Below, one piece after another: positions 26,701 through 36,110 of a stretch of DNA of 64,000 nucleotides. The notes under the pieces were generated by a model. The model saw only the letters and a program-made list of their open reading frames with translations, did not search any database and was not told the DNA's origin. Within the stretch, counting starts at the first letter, position 1. Each line of letters opens with the position of its first letter. Location: IMG/VR virus record IMGVR_UViG_3300022925_000006; one strand, given 5' to 3'. This stretch comes from a virus. The position numbers and the translations under genes were made by a program.

Positions 26701-27185
26701 CTGCGGGTGGAGACCTTACATTTAATAGTGGTACTGGTCAATTTAGTGTAACTAAGTTTACTACCGCAAACGCAAGAAGTTCAATCTCATTGACAGACGC
26801 TGGCGGTGCTGGTTCTGCTTCATATAACTCTGGTACTGGTGTGATTACCTATACAGGGCCGAGTGATGCGGAGATTCGTGGTAAGATTAGTGTAGATTCT
26901 GGCGGTGACTTGTCATACAACTCAACTACTGGCGTGGTATCATTTACTCAAAGAACCGATGCTCAAGTAAGAGGTCTTATCTCTGCTGGCGGAGACTTAT
27001 CATATAATAGTAGTACTGGTGTCATGTCATTCAGTGAAACATATTCTACTGCAAGTGAACTTCTGACCGCAGTTAAGACTGTAGATGGCGATTCGAGTGG
27101 ATTGAACGCTGACCTATTAGACGGTCAAGAGGGTTCTCATTACAGAATTAATGTTTATAACAATGCAGGCACGTTGTTAAACTAA
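20742..27185 (+). CDS. Long tail fibre protein
   Basis: 2147 aa, T/S/G/D-rich; repeated TxDLTEGTNLYYT and GDLSYNSSTG motifs; AGIEIERG module. Confidence 0.85.
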   Translation: MSEKIYIKKIVVGTPVKKVTAGAFSIDNISGVVTDNIPESDGAIFAYKSSTGKYELANFINGSNITATYDSGLNNFRFDFTGGQYTGNLIPDSDSIRDLGSQDNKWRDLYLSGQTITLGTLQLKDSDGEFIIVDEVSNKTSLKISLSSNNTDILSFNAETGNFIFSDSDIARTDINDTFHQGVTVVNGATIDSATVTNLASTNFTGSQATLDSANINELRVLGNTVLEGNLTVTGTETTVNTETINLADNTIVLNSNATGTPTENAGIEIERGDLANVSFIWDEGNQYWTLADKTLETTGKILFGNVYSTEGDLPAASLYHGMYAHVHATGRGYFAHAGDWHKLIDSDTTTLQQVYNLTSNNASIVQANVTTADIVNLNPTNTIGTNATYDSAAIRTLTFTTLTNTTSDITEGGNLYYTRARFDSALGDATSIASIRSYFAASGDLSYNSSTGVFEFDVEQVYTKTNFDSDLGAALDGGTGITYDSATDTISITDTGVAAGTYGSASQIPVFTVNAQGQLDSAGTVAVAGVTSFAFDSSNGNLTIGTADGASFVTTATLDPYTTTNLVEGSNLYYTRARFDSALGDTTSTQTIRGMFSSGGDLTYDSATGNFTFDVEQVYTKSNFDSDLGAALDGGTGITYDSSTDTISITDTGVVAGTYGSATQIPVFTVNAQGQLDSAGSVAVAGVSSFSFDSANGNISIGTVDGNTFLTTITLDPYTTTDLTEGTNLYYTTVRADSDFDVRLATKTTDDVTEGTNLYYTTARWDAQLATKTTGDVTEGSNLYYTTARADSDAKNSVSVTDAGGDGSLSYNAGTGVITYTGPSSSEVRAHFSATGDLSYDSSTGVFSIDVENVYSQANFDSDFLTRLTSQIDSAGITTLTTTNGTITNIISDSASIGNLSFTNLANTTSDITEGSNLYYTTVRSDSDFDVRLATKSTTNLVEGSNLYYTLARDDSAFDVRFAIKSTTDLTEGTNLYYTTARQNTDFDTRLGTKSTSDVSEGTNLYYVKSRVDSDIDSKFTANSTSDLSEGSNLYYTTARADSDAKASLLVNDAGGDGSLTYDSGTGVFTYTGPSATEVRAHFNGGSGVTINAGGTISIGQPVGTTDDVVFGKSTIDSAVVDGINFNVLTSRHSNAAGTVFFDSDHQKGLSVVMDTQNNPNPDVTLNLGQEIFLYVHNLTGAQINNGDAVYISGTAHGKHPQVSLARADMSSTGNPSGLATMDIPDGAHGWVTRYGIVRDVNTGSFAEGSTLYLSADSAGKWTSTEVTVDTGYPFHIGQVLTADSNVGTILVDGFSEHFEYLRIEDRLKVSGRLEADSASLLNVQFNTTLFDSHQPYSEGLLYYDNAHKTLNYNDDITGMVHEIGIQEHQRVYNNSGATIKKGNALYFSGNYLSGDIDVPTIGLADATDVNAYNAQGIAAQDIANNSYGHCLIAGQLTEVDTSHLSDGSNFFVSVTTPGSHQNASPTYPNFPMCLGWVVKAGDSDNGILLVNQQNHSVNSFRVRTSAHIGTDLQVDGNLTILGSQTTVGTSNVTQGSPIYRLNEGDAIGEAGTVFTGTGLDDAFFAGHFTGTSSQTYYVRIDGVGTGAGGVDTFAVALGNDSAFTSPVLIKQNITGEPQLIHSADNISVDFGATTGHDSGDRWAGTASPVNVDTGFFTNRNTGTSGVGYTHMGLWFDVTDEKWKIIDEYDSTPTGTINAADSSFSLATLVANTFEGNLIGAVTGNAQTASALATGRNFSLTGDITASAVSFDGTGNVTLTTAYNPGSIVNADINATANIADSKLATITTAGKVNNSATTATSANTASAIIARDASGNFAGGTFTGEVNRDAQTTVTAGTYGSATAIPVITVDANGFVDSMGTIGVSGITGVDFNNSDGTLTINTSGSDFSDVLTLDPFTTADLTENTNLYHTTARVRSAISVDSGSDLSYNSTTGVISFTESDRSPADIRGLFSAGGDLSYNDSTGQFSFTDSAQHTSAEIRAMFSAGGDLTFNSGTGQFSVTKFTTANARSSISLTDAGGAGSASYNSGTGVITYTGPSDAEIRGKISVDSGGDLSYNSTTGVVSFTQRTDAQVRGLISAGGDLSYNSSTGVMSFSETYSTASELLTAVKTVDGDSSGLNADLLDGQEGSHYRINVYNNAGTLLN
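21975..22916 (+). repeat. Tandem 471-bp (157-aa) duplication within the tail fibre gene
   Basis: EGxNLYYTRARFDSALGD...FDVEQVYTKxNFDSDLGAALDGGTGITYDS...GTYGSAxQIPVFTVNAQGQLDSAG occurs twice, starting at 21975 and 22446. Confidence 0.85.
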
Positions 27186-27199
27186 GGATAAATAGATAA

Positions 27200-27997
27200 A
27201 TGGCATCATATACAAGAATACAAACTAGACAAGAGTTCATTGAATATTGTCTACGTAGGTTAGGTTATCCCGTTATTGAAATTAATGTGGATGACGAACA
27301 AATCGAAGACCGTGTCAATGACGCATTGCAATTGTTTAATGAATATGGTGGGGAAGGTAGTTTTCGTGCATATATTCCATTCACAATAACACAAGCTATT
27401 ATTGACCGTGGGTTTATTGATTTTGACTTAGACCCTATTACTGGTGTTACTGACCCCAATAATATTCTAAATGTTGTTCGTGTATTGCCAATTGATTCTC
27501 AAGTAGAAAGTGTTAATTTCTTTGATGTAAAATATCAAATGCGTCTTAACGATATGTGGGATTTGAACACTGGTGTCGGAGACCTTGCATACTATGAACA
27601 AATGCAACAGTATCTCTCTACTATTGATATGAAACTAAGCGGCACTCCTCAGATTCAGTTTGTTCGTGCAGGTAATACCTTGAATATCTTTGGTGATATT
27701 TCTGGAAGTAAGGGTGACCTACAAGCTGGTGATAAAATTTTAATGGAAATGTATTTTACAACTGACGCAAATGTCAATGGTAAAATCTATAATAATATCT
27801 TCTTAAAAGAATACGCAACCGCACTTATCAAAGAACAGTGGGGACAGAATCTTATTAAGTTTGAAGGAATGGTATTGCCTGGCGGTGTTCAGTTGAATGG
27901 TAGACAGATATTTGAAGATGCACGACAAGAAATAGAAGTAATTCGTCAACGAATATATAATGAGTATGACACACCACCAGACTTCTTTGTAGGATAA
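27200..27997 (+). CDS. gp13: Neck protein gp13
   Basis: YCLRRLGYPVIEINVDDEQIEDR; KEQWGQNLIKF..LPGGVQLNG. Confidence 0.92.
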   Translation: MASYTRIQTRQEFIEYCLRRLGYPVIEINVDDEQIEDRVNDALQLFNEYGGEGSFRAYIPFTITQAIIDRGFIDFDLDPITGVTDPNNILNVVRVLPIDSQVESVNFFDVKYQMRLNDMWDLNTGVGDLAYYEQMQQYLSTIDMKLSGTPQIQFVRAGNTLNIFGDISGSKGDLQAGDKILMEMYFTTDANVNGKIYNNIFLKEYATALIKEQWGQNLIKFEGMVLPGGVQLNGRQIFEDARQEIEVIRQRIYNEYDTPPDFFVG

Positions 27998-28001
27998 CAT
28001 A

Positions 28002-28871
28002 ATGGCAACGAACCCGTATTTTAAACAAGGTGTTCGTTCTGAACAGACCGTTTATGAGGACATTATCATTGAAGCCCTCAAAATGTATGGTCAGGATGTG
28101 TATTACCTTCCACGAGAAATCATCAATCAAGATAACATCTTTCTTGATGACGTACCGTCACGTTTCGGTTCTTCTTATAAAGTTGAAATGTATATTGAGA
28201 ACACCGAAGCATTTGATGGTGAAGGTGACCTGTTCACAAAATTCGGTATCGAATTAAGAGACCAAGCTAATTTTGTTGTTTCTAGAAAGAGATGGAAACA
28301 ACTTGTCGGTACTCGTCTAGCTGAGAACAACTTCCGTCCTCGTGAAGGCGACCTAATTTATCTGACACTATCTAAATCTATATTTGAGATACGTAGAGTA
28401 GAAACCGAAACTCCATTCTATCAGTTATCAAATCTACCCACATTCCGTATGCAGTGTGAGTTATTCGAATATAATGACGAAGACTTTGATACAGGTATTG
28501 ATGATATCAATAAAGTTGAAGAAGAGTCAGCATATCAAATTTCATTGACAATGGATTCTGCGGCAGGATATGACATTGGAGAAACCGTTACTCAGGTATT
28601 TGAAACATATAGTATGAAGGGTGAAGTTATTGATTGGTCTGATTCTGATGGTATTCTTCAACTTGCACATGTTGGCGCTACCGATGGTAAGTTCCACACA
28701 TTTAACACATCAAGACTTATCACTGGGGACACCTCTGGTGCGAAAGCAAATGCAACACTAGTCGCTGAACTACAGAATATTCAAAGAGATGCACAGAACG
28801 CTATCTTTGATGATTTTGAAGGGGACTTCTTGGACTTCAGTGAGTCTAATCCATTCGGAGACATATCATAA
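28002..28871 (+). CDS. gp14: Neck protein gp14
   Basis: YGQDVYYLPR, TKFGIELRD, RPREGDLIY, PFYQL and SESNPFG. Confidence 0.92.
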   Translation: MATNPYFKQGVRSEQTVYEDIIIEALKMYGQDVYYLPREIINQDNIFLDDVPSRFGSSYKVEMYIENTEAFDGEGDLFTKFGIELRDQANFVVSRKRWKQLVGTRLAENNFRPREGDLIYLTLSKSIFEIRRVETETPFYQLSNLPTFRMQCELFEYNDEDFDTGIDDINKVEEESAYQISLTMDSAAGYDIGETVTQVFETYSMKGEVIDWSDSDGILQLAHVGATDGKFHTFNTSRLITGDTSGAKANATLVAELQNIQRDAQNAIFDDFEGDFLDFSESNPFGDIS

Positions 28872-29650
28872 TGTTTGGCACATGGTTTTATCATAAGAGA
28901 GTAAGAACAGCCGTATCTGTATTTGGTTCGATGTTCAACAACCTATATGTTCTAAGACAGAACAGTTCGGGCGAAACTATTTCTCAAGTAAAAGTTCCGT
29001 TATCCTATGCACCCAAAAGAAATTTCATCTCACGATTAGAAGAGATGAGTAAGGGTGAGGATGCAGAACGTAGGGTTGCAATCAAGTTACCTCGAATGTC
29101 GTTTGAGATTACGAACATGCAATATGATGCAACTCGACAGTTACCCAAGAACAATAATATCTCATCCCTCGTTGAGAACAGTATCACAAGTAGACGTAAA
29201 CTTTATACGTCCACCCCATACACAATATCATTTCAATTAAATATATATGCTAAATCACAAGACGATGCACTACAAATTGTAGAACAGATTCTACCATACT
29301 TTGCACCACAATATACTTTAACTATTAAACCCTTTGCTGATGTCGATACTTTGACCGAAGACGTTCCCGTTACATTATCGGGAGTCACCTTTCAAGATGA
29401 CTTTGAGGGTTCGGTTGAACAACGTAGAACAATTATATATACATTAGACTTTGAAATGAAAATCTCTCTATATGGCCCAGAGTCTAATAAGAATATTATT
29501 CGTGATGTACGTAGTAATTTATTCTTACAGGAAGCTGGATTATCTGATAGTGATGTGTATATCAAAACTATAAAGGTTACACCAGACCCTTCAACCATAA
29601 GTGCGGATAGTGATTACGGATTTGTTGAAACCGACTTGGATAGTGCATAA
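28871..29650 (+). CDS. gp15: Tail sheath stabiliser/terminator gp15
   Basis: KVPLSYAPK, LPRMSFE, QIVEQILPYF and RRTIIYTLDF. Confidence 0.92.
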   Translation: MFGTWFYHKRVRTAVSVFGSMFNNLYVLRQNSSGETISQVKVPLSYAPKRNFISRLEEMSKGEDAERRVAIKLPRMSFEITNMQYDATRQLPKNNNISSLVENSITSRRKLYTSTPYTISFQLNIYAKSQDDALQIVEQILPYFAPQYTLTIKPFADVDTLTEDVPVTLSGVTFQDDFEGSVEQRRTIIYTLDFEMKISLYGPESNKNIIRDVRSNLFLQEAGLSDSDVYIKTIKVTPDPSTISADSDYGFVETDLDSA

Positions 29651-30003
29651 TGAGTGATAATGAAAAGAATATAAAAGACGACTACACCACCTCCCGTGAC
29701 ACCTATCACGATATAATTGAGAAGGGACGGGAGAGTATGGACTTGATGATTGAAGTCGCACGAGAGAGTGAACACCCCCGTGCCTTTGAGGTGTTGTCTG
29801 GCATGATGAAGAACATGGCGGATGTCACTGATAAACTGATGGACTTGAATAAGAAACACAAGGAAATCAATCAGACAGACGAACCCAAACAAATTGGTAA
29901 CACAACCAATAACCTGTTCGTAGGAACTACTACAGACCTACAGAGACTTATACAGAATGAGAGAGTGGAAAAAGTAATAGATGTTGAACCCGAATCAGAA
30001 TGA
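29650..30003 (+). CDS. gp16: Terminase small subunit gp16
   Basis: ESEHPRAFEV...NNLFVGTTTDLQ. Confidence 0.9.
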   Translation: MSDNEKNIKDDYTTSRDTYHDIIEKGRESMDLMIEVARESEHPRAFEVLSGMMKNMADVTDKLMDLNKKHKEINQTDEPKQIGNTTNNLFVGTTTDLQRLIQNERVEKVIDVEPESE

Positions 30004-31600
30004 AAGTTATCTTGGCAATATTAATGTCAAGCGTGATGGAGTTCAACACAATTTTACTGAAGAAGAAGTCAAAGAATATATTAAGTGTTCTAAAGACCCT
30101 GTATATTTCTGTAAAAAATATCTAAAAGTTATTTCTCTTGATGAGGGTTTAGTACCCTTTACACTTTATCCCTATCAAGAGAAAATGTTTGACCACTTCA
30201 ATAACAATCGATTCTCTATCGTACTTGCGTGTAGACAGTCTGGTAAATCGATTAGTTCCGTAGGATATATAATCTGGTTTGCTTGTTTCCATAGTGAGAA
30301 GACTATTGCGATACTAGCAAACAAGGGTGCAACTGCAAGGGAGATGTTGGCTCGTGTTACACTCATGTTGGAAAATCTACCATTCTTTTTGCAGCCTGGC
30401 ACAAAGGCACTCAACAAAGGTTCGATTGAGTTTAGTAATAATTCTCGTATCATTGCCGCTGCTACCTCTGGTAGTTCCATTAGGGGTATGTCTGTTAACC
30501 TACTATTTCTTGACGAGTTTGCCTTTGTGGAAAGAGCAAATGAATTCTATACTTCTACATATCCAGTTATCTCAGCAGGTAAAGATACTAAGGTTATCAT
30601 TACATCAACTGCAAACGGTATCGGTAATACGTTTCATAAGATTTGGGAAGGGGCGGTACAGAAGGTAAACGAATTCGTACCATTTACCGTTAACTGGTAT
30701 GATGTGCCTGGACGTGACGAAGAGTGGAAAAGACAAACAATTTCCAACACGTCTCAGTTACAGTTCGACCAAGAATTTGGTAACACCTTTTTTGGTACAG
30801 GTGATACACTAATCAATGCCGAAACACTGTTATCATTTAGAGCATTCAACCCAAAAGAATTTCTTGAGGGTGGCGACTTATTAATATATGAACGCCCAGA
30901 CAAAGACCATGAATATATCATGACTGTGGACGTATCAAAAGGAAGAGGTCAGGATTATTCTACGTTTAACGTAATCGACATTAGCACGAGACCGTTCAAA
31001 CAGGTTGCTGTCTATCGCAATAATACTATATCTCCAATACTCTTTCCTAATATTATATATAAGTACGCAAATCTCTACAACGAGTCATATGTTGTTATCG
31101 AATCAAATGACCAAGGAACATTGGTCTGTCAAGGACTGTATCAAGACTTAGAATACGAGAATATCCATATGGAATCTGCCGTCAAAGCAGACCGTATTGG
31201 TATTGAAATGAATCGAAAGGTTAAACGATTGGGTTGTTCTGCAATCAAGGATATTCTAGAGAATACTAAACTAAATATTATTGATGAGAATACCATCATG
31301 GAAATCTCTACTTTTGTGTCAAGGGGTCAATCATACGAAGCTTCGGATGGTAATCACGATGACTTAATGATGAATCTAGTTATGTTTGGTTACTTTGTAT
31401 CATCTCAATTCTTTGCTGATATGACTGATATTAACCTAAAAGAACTCATGTTTGCGAAGAAGATGAAAGAAATTGAGGATGATGTACCACCCGTAGGTTT
31501 CATTGATGATGGGTTATCCCAAGTCAGAGAAGAAGAAGAACAGAAAACGGCAGGTTGGCATACGTTCGAAGGTATGGATACTGGTGTGGAAGAATGGTAA
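29981..31600 (+). CDS. gp17: Terminase large subunit gp17
   Basis: Walker A RQSGKS, Walker B LFLDEFAF, ITSTANG and nuclease HDDLMM. Confidence 0.96.
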   Translation: MLNPNQNESYLGNINVKRDGVQHNFTEEEVKEYIKCSKDPVYFCKKYLKVISLDEGLVPFTLYPYQEKMFDHFNNNRFSIVLACRQSGKSISSVGYIIWFACFHSEKTIAILANKGATAREMLARVTLMLENLPFFLQPGTKALNKGSIEFSNNSRIIAAATSGSSIRGMSVNLLFLDEFAFVERANEFYTSTYPVISAGKDTKVIITSTANGIGNTFHKIWEGAVQKVNEFVPFTVNWYDVPGRDEEWKRQTISNTSQLQFDQEFGNTFFGTGDTLINAETLLSFRAFNPKEFLEGGDLLIYERPDKDHEYIMTVDVSKGRGQDYSTFNVIDISTRPFKQVAVYRNNTISPILFPNIIYKYANLYNESYVVIESNDQGTLVCQGLYQDLEYENIHMESAVKADRIGIEMNRKVKRLGCSAIKDILENTKLNIIDENTIMEISTFVSRGQSYEASDGNHDDLMMNLVMFGYFVSSQFFADMTDINLKELMFAKKMKEIEDDVPPVGFIDDGLSQVREEEEQKTAGWHTFEGMDTGVEEW

Positions 31601-31602
31601 TG

Positions 31603-31610
31603 TATAAATA
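31603..31610 (+). promoter_or_regulatory. T4-type late promoter TATAAATA
   Basis: Exact consensus upstream of gp18. Confidence 0.85.
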
Positions 31611-31669
31611 AAGGTATGTGAATATAATCGTATTATGAAAACTTATAATTAAACTAAAGGAAAAAAGTT

Positions 31670-33436
31670 ATGGCTCTTTTTACACCCTCTGCTTCTCCTG
31701 CTGTAACAGTAAAAGAAATTGACCTGACGGGCGTAGTGCCTAACGTTCAAACTTCTACTGGTGCAATTGTAGGAAACTTCGGTTGGGGGCCTGTTGGAGT
31801 TGCGACTCTGGTTTCAGATGAATCTGGACTAGTTAGCACTTTCTCGGCACCGACTGACGAAAACACAGTAGATTTTCACTCTGCTGCGTATTTTTTAAGA
31901 TATTCTAACTCACTCTATGTTGTGCGTGAGCAGGACAGTGATGGCGTTAATGCTGTCGCAAACCACACCTCCCTCGGTTCATTGACTGCACAAGCAATCA
32001 ATAATCTAGACGCATTCGAAGGTCTGTCGCTTGACAGTTCTGATGGTGCATTCATCGCTAAGTACCCAGGCGAACTAGGTAACTCTCTAAAAGTTTCTAT
32101 TGTAGGAACGGATAGTGCCGCCGGCGCCACAACCAACTTTAATAGTTGGGCATATAAAGACCAGTTTGATGCTGCTCCAGGCACTTCAACCTTCGTATCT
32201 AACCTCGGTGGTAGTAATGACGAAATCCACGTTGCGGTTATTGACGAAGATGGTGAATTGACTGGAACCGCTGGAACAGTTCTTGAAACATTCCCGTTCT
32301 TGTCCGTTGCTAAAAACGCAAAGGCATCTGACGGTACATCTAACTACTATAAAGATGTGTTAAAGACTCGTTCAAATTGGGTATATGCTGGTGGATTCCA
32401 TACGGGTGACTCAGATAGTCTGAGTGACTTTGTAGGTACAAACTGGGGTAATAACGCAACAACAACTGGTGAGAACTTTGCGACTGGACAAAACTTCAGC
32501 GCAACTCAAAACACTTGGTCATTTGCTTCTGGTGTTACTTCAAGTTCAATCGGAACTGACGACATTATGCGTGGTTACGATAACTTCAACGACAAGGATA
32601 ATATCGAGATTGACTTCTTGATTAGTCCTGAGTCTGTGTCAGATGCAACCGCAACAACTGTGGTCAATGATTTGGTAAGTATTGCAACTGCTCGTAAAGA
32701 CTGTGTGGTTACTGCCTCACCTTCTCGTGCTGCTGTAGTTACAACTGGCACGAACGCTGCTGTTCTTGCTTGTAACAACACATACACCAAGTCTTCTTAC
32801 TTGATACATGACAACAACTATATCAAAATATTTGATAAGTATAATGACAAATATATTAAGATTCCTGCTAACTCCTCAACTGCGGGTCTCATGGCTGCAA
32901 CCGACTTAGTCGCTGCACCGTGGTACTCTCCTGCTGGTGCTAGACGTGGTAGATATCTTGGTATTACAGATATTATTGTGTCTCCAACTAAAGTAGAAAG
33001 AGACGCACTATATAAGGTAGGTATCAACCCTATTGCAAACATCCCTGGCGAAGGCGTTATGCTCTTCGGTGACAAGACTAACGAATCAAGACCTTCTGCA
33101 TTTGACAGAATCAATGTTCGTAGATTGTTCCTCGCTGTGGAACGTGCAATTAGTATAGCTGGTAGAAACGTAATGTTTGAATTCAATGACGAGTTTACTC
33201 GTGCAGAATTCGTTAACATCGTTGAACCGTTCTTACGTGAGATTCAAGGAAGACGTGGTATCACTGACTTCCGTGTAGTCTGTGACGCAACGAACAATAC
33301 ACAAGCTGTGGTTGACCGTAATGAATTCATCGCAAGTATCTTCATCAAACCTGCACGTTCTATCAACTATGTAACATTGAACTTTGTTGCTGTTAGAACT
33401 GGTGTAGACTTTGAAGAAGTTGTTGGCACAGTTTAA
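31670..33436 (+). CDS. gp18: Tail sheath protein gp18
   Basis: SPAVTVKEIDLT, PWYSPAG, FDRINVRRLF and IKPARSINY. Confidence 0.95.
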   Translation: MALFTPSASPAVTVKEIDLTGVVPNVQTSTGAIVGNFGWGPVGVATLVSDESGLVSTFSAPTDENTVDFHSAAYFLRYSNSLYVVREQDSDGVNAVANHTSLGSLTAQAINNLDAFEGLSLDSSDGAFIAKYPGELGNSLKVSIVGTDSAAGATTNFNSWAYKDQFDAAPGTSTFVSNLGGSNDEIHVAVIDEDGELTGTAGTVLETFPFLSVAKNAKASDGTSNYYKDVLKTRSNWVYAGGFHTGDSDSLSDFVGTNWGNNATTTGENFATGQNFSATQNTWSFASGVTSSSIGTDDIMRGYDNFNDKDNIEIDFLISPESVSDATATTVVNDLVSIATARKDCVVTASPSRAAVVTTGTNAAVLACNNTYTKSSYLIHDNNYIKIFDKYNDKYIKIPANSSTAGLMAATDLVAAPWYSPAGARRGRYLGITDIIVSPTKVERDALYKVGINPIANIPGEGVMLFGDKTNESRPSAFDRINVRRLFLAVERAISIAGRNVMFEFNDEFTRAEFVNIVEPFLREIQGRRGITDFRVVCDATNNTQAVVDRNEFIASIFIKPARSINYVTLNFVAVRTGVDFEEVVGTV

Positions 33437-33448
33437 GGAGTAGGAAAA

Positions 33449-33976
33449 ATGGCAATATTAGGCGTAGATGATTTTAAATCGAAACTCAGAGGGGGCGGTG
33501 CTCGTCCTAATCTGTTTAAAGCGACCGTCAACTTTCCAGGCTATGCAGCGGGAGATGTAGAACTTACATCTTTCCTTTGTAAGACTGCTCAGTTGCCAGC
33601 GTCCGTAATGAATGTGTTTGAAGTTCCGTTCCGAGGTCGTCAATTAAAAATGGCGGGTGACCGAACATTTGAACCTTGGACAGTAACCATTATCAATGAT
33701 ACTGACTTCAGCATCCGTAACGCTATGGAACGTTGGATGAACGGTATCAATGCCCACCAAGCTAATACTGGTCTGAGTAATCCTATTGATTACCAATCAG
33801 ACTTGATTATTGAGCAGTTGGATAGAGATGGTGAAACACTCAAAACTTATAACTTCCGTGGTTGTTTCCCGACTAATGTCAGTGCAATCGATGTGAGTTA
33901 TGAGACTGTAGATGCTATCGAAGAGTTTACAGTTGAGTTCCAAGTTCAATATTGGGAATCTGATACCACTAGTTAA
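33449..33976 (+). CDS. gp19: Tail tube protein gp19
   Basis: GGARPNLF, FRGRQLKMAGDRTFEPW and IEEFTVEF. Confidence 0.95.
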   Translation: MAILGVDDFKSKLRGGGARPNLFKATVNFPGYAAGDVELTSFLCKTAQLPASVMNVFEVPFRGRQLKMAGDRTFEPWTVTIINDTDFSIRNAMERWMNGINAHQANTGLSNPIDYQSDLIIEQLDRDGETLKTYNFRGCFPTNVSAIDVSYETVDAIEEFTVEFQVQYWESDTTS

Positions 33977-33989
33977 TCTAGTTATAGAT

Positions 33990-34022
33990 AGAGGGGTAAG
34001 GGGATAATCTCTTACCTCTTTA
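33990..34022 (+). terminator. Probable hairpin terminator after gp19
   Basis: Imperfect inverted repeat GAGGGGTAAGGGG-ataa-TCTCTTACCTC followed by TTT. Confidence 0.5.
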
Positions 34023-34045
34023 TTATATACATTGAAGGTACATAA

Positions 34046-35557
34046 ATGGCAGAACAAGACAATAGTATTCTCAAACTATTTGGTTTTGAAATCAAGAGAC
34101 AAGACTCTAAATCAGACCAAAAAGAAAAAGAGAAGTTAAAATCAATTGTTGCTCCCACCGATGAAGATGGTGCGGGGTATGTTACTGCGTCTGGTAGCCA
34201 CTACGGTCAATATATTGACATGGAAGGTAGTCAGGCAAAGGACAACCAACAACTCATTATGAAATATCGTGGTGTCGCATCACACCCTGAAGTAGATGCA
34301 GCTGTTGAAGATATCGTTAACGAATCAATTGTTGGTTCAGAAATGGATGTCACATGTGAATTGAATCTGGACAAAGTAGACGCACCAGATAGTATTAAAA
34401 AACAAATGACCGAAGAGTTCAACAACGTTTATGGTATGTTGAAATTCACCGATTTGGGTCATGACATATTCCGTTCATTCTATGTTGATGGTCGTATCTA
34501 TCACCACCTCGTAGCGAATGAATCAAATCTTAAAGCTGGTATCCAAGAAATCAGAACGATTGATGCCGCAAAGATTCGTAAAGTAAAAGAAGTAAAACAT
34601 AAGAAAGACCCAATAACTGGCGCAAAGGTTGTTGAGAAGGTCTCCGAATTTTATATCTATCAAGAAAGAGCAGGTGCAAATCAAGGCGTAAGACTTTCTC
34701 CTGATAGTGTTTCATATGTGTCTAGTGGTCTCCTTGACCCTAGTAAGAAACAGGTTGTGTCCTATTTACACAAGGCACTAAAACCAATTAACCAATTACG
34801 TATGATGGAAGACAGTCTTGTTATCTATCGTCTCGCACGTGCCCCCGAACGTAGAATTTTCTACATCGATGTCGGTAACATGCCACGTAATAAATCAGAA
34901 TCATATATGCGTGACATTATGTCTCGTTATAGAAATAAGATTGTATATGATTCAAGTACTGGTCAACTTAAAGATGACCGCAAACACATGTCTATGTTGG
35001 AGGACTTCTGGTTACCTCGTAGAGAAGGTGGTCGTGGTACAGAGATTAGTACATTGCCTGGCGGTGAGAACCTTGGTCAGATTGATGACATCCTGTACTT
35101 CCAGAAGAGACTGTATCGTTCATTGAACGTACCTGTCAACCGATTGGAACAAGAAGCGCAATTTACACTAGGTAGGTCAACAGAGATTTCTAGGGACGAA
35201 GTTAAGTTCCAGAAGTTTATTGACCGTCTACGTAGAAGATTCTCAATGTTGTTTACTGGTATTCTCAAGAAACAACTTATCATGAAAGGTATTATTACCG
35301 AACAGGATTGGGAAGAGTGGAAGAATTCTATTACAGTTGACTTCCAAAGCGACAACCACTTCTCGGAACTAAAGGATGCAGAACTGTTACAAAACAGACT
35401 ACAAACTCTAGACCAAGTATCACAATATGTTGGTGAGTACTTCTCACGTGAGTGGGCAATGAAAAACGTCATGATGATGTCTGACGAGGACATCGAAGAA
35501 ATGAAAAAACAAGTCGAAGCTGAAAACTCAGTAGTAGACGAAGATGAGGAAATTTAA
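34046..35557 (+). CDS. gp20: Portal protein gp20
   Basis: YRLARAPERRIFYIDVGN and MLEDFWLPRREGGRGTEISTLPGG. Confidence 0.97.
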   Translation: MAEQDNSILKLFGFEIKRQDSKSDQKEKEKLKSIVAPTDEDGAGYVTASGSHYGQYIDMEGSQAKDNQQLIMKYRGVASHPEVDAAVEDIVNESIVGSEMDVTCELNLDKVDAPDSIKKQMTEEFNNVYGMLKFTDLGHDIFRSFYVDGRIYHHLVANESNLKAGIQEIRTIDAAKIRKVKEVKHKKDPITGAKVVEKVSEFYIYQERAGANQGVRLSPDSVSYVSSGLLDPSKKQVVSYLHKALKPINQLRMMEDSLVIYRLARAPERRIFYIDVGNMPRNKSESYMRDIMSRYRNKIVYDSSTGQLKDDRKHMSMLEDFWLPRREGGRGTEISTLPGGENLGQIDDILYFQKRLYRSLNVPVNRLEQEAQFTLGRSTEISRDEVKFQKFIDRLRRRFSMLFTGILKKQLIMKGIITEQDWEEWKNSITVDFQSDNHFSELKDAELLQNRLQTLDQVSQYVGEYFSREWAMKNVMMMSDEDIEEMKKQVEAENSVVDEDEEI

Positions 35558-35558
35558 A

Positions 35559-35852
35559 ATGAGTGAAGTAGAAAATCAAGAAATTGAAACCGTACAACCC
35601 CATGCGGTAGAAGAACTAATTAATCAAATCACTTCGGGTGACTTGACTAATGCAGAGGGTTCGTTCCATAGTATCGTTCAAGATAAGATGGCAGATGCAC
35701 TAGAAGCACAACGTATTGCGACTGCACAAGCAATCTTTAACGACCAAGACGATGACATCGAAGACGAAGATGACTTCGAAGTGGACGAAGAATCCGAAGA
35801 AAATGAAGAAATTATTGCAGAATTAGAGGATGATGACGAAGAAACTGCATAA
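35559..35852 (+). CDS. Acidic prohead core protein (gp67-like)
   Basis: Position after the portal gene; very acidic C-terminus; ATG at 35559 with GAGG SD. Confidence 0.6.
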   Translation: MSEVENQEIETVQPHAVEELINQITSGDLTNAEGSFHSIVQDKMADALEAQRIATAQAIFNDQDDDIEDEDDFEVDEESEENEEIIAELEDDDEETA

Positions 35853-35878
35853 ATATGTTGTTTCAAAAACATTATTCT

Positions 35879-35886
35879 TATAAATA
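35879..35886 (+). promoter_or_regulatory. T4-type late promoter TATAAATA
   Basis: Exact consensus upstream of the 35892 ORF. Confidence 0.8.
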
Positions 35887-35891
35887 ATACT

Positions 35892-36110
35892 ATGAAAACA
35901 TACAAAGAACTTTTGTCAGAATTAAAAGAACGCAAGCCAAAAGGTGAAGTGGTCTTAGACAAGAAAGTTAAACGTATCCCTGTTCTTATCACTAAGGAGA
36001 AGGGTACTTTACCTTTTGTGGTACATATTGATGGTGACCGATTGGACGCTTTCAAATCACTAAAGGATGCAGAGAAGTCTGCGATGAGAGTAATAAAGGA
36101 ATTAACCTAA
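35892..36110 (+). CDS. Small basic protein in the gp68 position
   Basis: 72 aa, lies between the gp67-like gene and gp21. Confidence 0.55.
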   Translation: MKTYKELLSELKERKPKGEVVLDKKVKRIPVLITKEKGTLPFVVHIDGDRLDAFKSLKDAEKSAMRVIKELT